A DNA stretch of 64,000 bases from Salpingoeca rosetta (taxonomy: Eukaryota > Protista > Choanoflagellata). The notes beneath the pieces are model-generated. The model did no database searches and was not told the DNA's origin. It was given only the letters and a program-made list of their open reading frames with translations. The DNA lies in assembly GCA_033442325.1 (NCBI GenBank), contig JAWQFM010000022.1:931926-995925 (forward strand), given 5' to 3'. Each line of letters starts with the position of its first letter. Position 1 is the first letter of the stretch. The position numbers and the translations under genes are program-made. Of the stretch, positions 62,422 through 64,000 are shown piece by piece.

Positions 62422-63831
62422 ATGAAGGTGGACTTTAAGCTGTCCAACCTGGCGTTTCTTCCAGATGGCAACTCCATCTGCAGCCCTGTCGGCAACCGCG
62501 TCGCCATCTTCGACCTTGTCAAGTATGTCTCAACCTTTTTTTGTTGAGGACTGGCTCTTGTCTGATGATAGGCCGCTCAGTGGCTGGGATCAAAGGATGT
62601 GTGGCTGGGATCAAAGGATGTGGGAGAGGAATGGAAAGTGAGAGGGTGGGGGCAAGAAGAGACAGCGATTTGAAACGGGTGCGACATCGTCGCTGCGTGT
62701 CGTCTCAGCTGATGGTGACGTGACACGTTGCAGTGCATCGAGCAGCACTATCCGAGTTGCGTCGTGTCTCCACTCACGTTCTTCCTACCCCCTCCTTGAT
62801 CCTTGTGCACGGCATGTTTCCTTCCTTTGTGTGCCTGTACACGCACAGCAACAAGTCTCGCACCTTCCCGCATCAGACCCGTGCCGATATTGCTGTGATT
62901 GCCGTGTCCCCCAATGGCAAGCTGCTAATGGCCGTCGATGTCGGTGCGTTTGCCACGATCTTGTGTTGGGTTCGAGGGCGTTCATACAGTCAACCATCAT
63001 GGTTGTACACCAGGGGCGAGCGTCATGATCGTCCACCACACCGCAGTCTGCACACACTGGAGCCCACACCTTATGCATGCTCCCAAAGCACACAGTACAT
63101 ACCCCAATTCGCTCACACGTGTACATGCGTGTGTGCGTGTGTGTGTGTGCGTGTTTATGTGTGTGTGCGTGTTTTTTTATGTGTGTGTGTGGTCGTTTCT
63201 GATGCCATGTATTGCAGATGGGTACGCCGTCCTCATCAACATCCCGCGCAACGTGCTGCTGCATCGCATCAACTTCAAGTCACGCGTGCGCGCCCTCAAG
63301 TTCAGCCCCGACGGCCAGTACGTACATGCACACATGCACACACACACACTCATGCACGCATGGGTTGTGTGCGAGCATGGAAGTTTGTGATGGCGAAAAC
63401 ACACACTTGTGCACACATGCACACAAATCTCGAACAAATGAGTGCGTTGTCTGTGTCGCTTCCGTTTTCAGCCGTGCACGGTACTGCTTCGACGCTGACG
63501 TTATCACGTCCCTTTGCCTCTTCAGATACTTTGCGGTGACCCACGGCAAGAAGCTGCAGGTGTGGAGGACGCCAGGGCTGGAGTGCCAGTTCAACCCCTT
63601 TTCCCTGCACCGCACATACACGGGCCATTCTGATGACATCATCTCGCTGGACTGGTCGCACGACTCGCGCTACGTTGTCACGGGCTCGCTCGACTGCACG
63701 GCGCGTGTGTTTACGCTGCAGACGCTGCGCGGATACCGCCCCTGTGTGCTGGCGTCGCACAAGTCGCGGATTGTGCAGTGCGCCTTCTTCAAAGACTCAT
63801 ATGACGTGAGCATCTGCGTGTACTTTGCGAA

Positions 63832-63878
<47 letters not shown>

Positions 63879-64000
63879 TGGTGCTGCTTGCTGTCCTTTG
63901 GACATTGCTTCAAAGCGCCTGTGCTGACACAAGTGTCACCTCCCCCTCCTTTCACCCACCACCTTGTTGTATCGACCGTCATCGCTGCGGCCGCAGATTG
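62422..64000 (+). CDS. PWP2: Periodic tryptophan protein 2 (PWP2/Utp1), WD40 SSU processome protein, 5' part only
   Basis: DGNSICSPVGNRVAIFDLVNNKS, VSPNGKLLMAVD, LKFSPDGQYFAV, FNPFSLHRTYTGHSDDIISLDWSHDSRYVVTGSLD; continues past the window end. Confidence 0.93.
62580..62621. repeat. Perfect 21-bp tandem duplication in PWP2 intron 1
   Basis: gtggctgggatcaaaggatgt x2. Confidence 0.9.

Overview
Eukaryotic, intron-rich, GC-rich and extremely microsatellite-rich genomic DNA with five N-gaps. Gene content (Hedgehog-type Hint protein, several SH2/PTP proteins, protrudin, CYSTM) and repeat style suggest a choanoflagellate such as Salpingoeca (inference). Most ORFs in the supplied track are spurious translations of (GT)n/(CA)n/(CAA)n repeats, so genes were rebuilt by hand from GT..AG splice sites and protein motifs. 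About 19 genes are supported: RA+PH adaptor (partial), giant low-complexity protein with a degenerate bromodomain-like module, FYVE-type zinc finger + E2 ubiquitin-conjugating fusion, membrane-anchored Hint/Hog protein, SH2 adaptor, CSTF3, OB-fold-only STN1, DFR/CCR-like SDR, FN3x3+PH protein, intronless secreted 7-bladed propeller, Rieske RFESD-like, SH2-SH2-PTP-SH2 phosphatase, PIG-T, protrudin, Ku80, CYSTM, RUN-like protein and PWP2 (partial). Highlights: (1) a strand-polarised intron architecture, G/U repeats after donors and complementary C/A repeats before acceptors; (2) a type II membrane Hint protein with altered catalytic residues; (3) unusual signalling domain fusions; (4) seven head-to-head gene pairs. 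No RNA genes, CRISPR arrays or mobile elements were recognisable.
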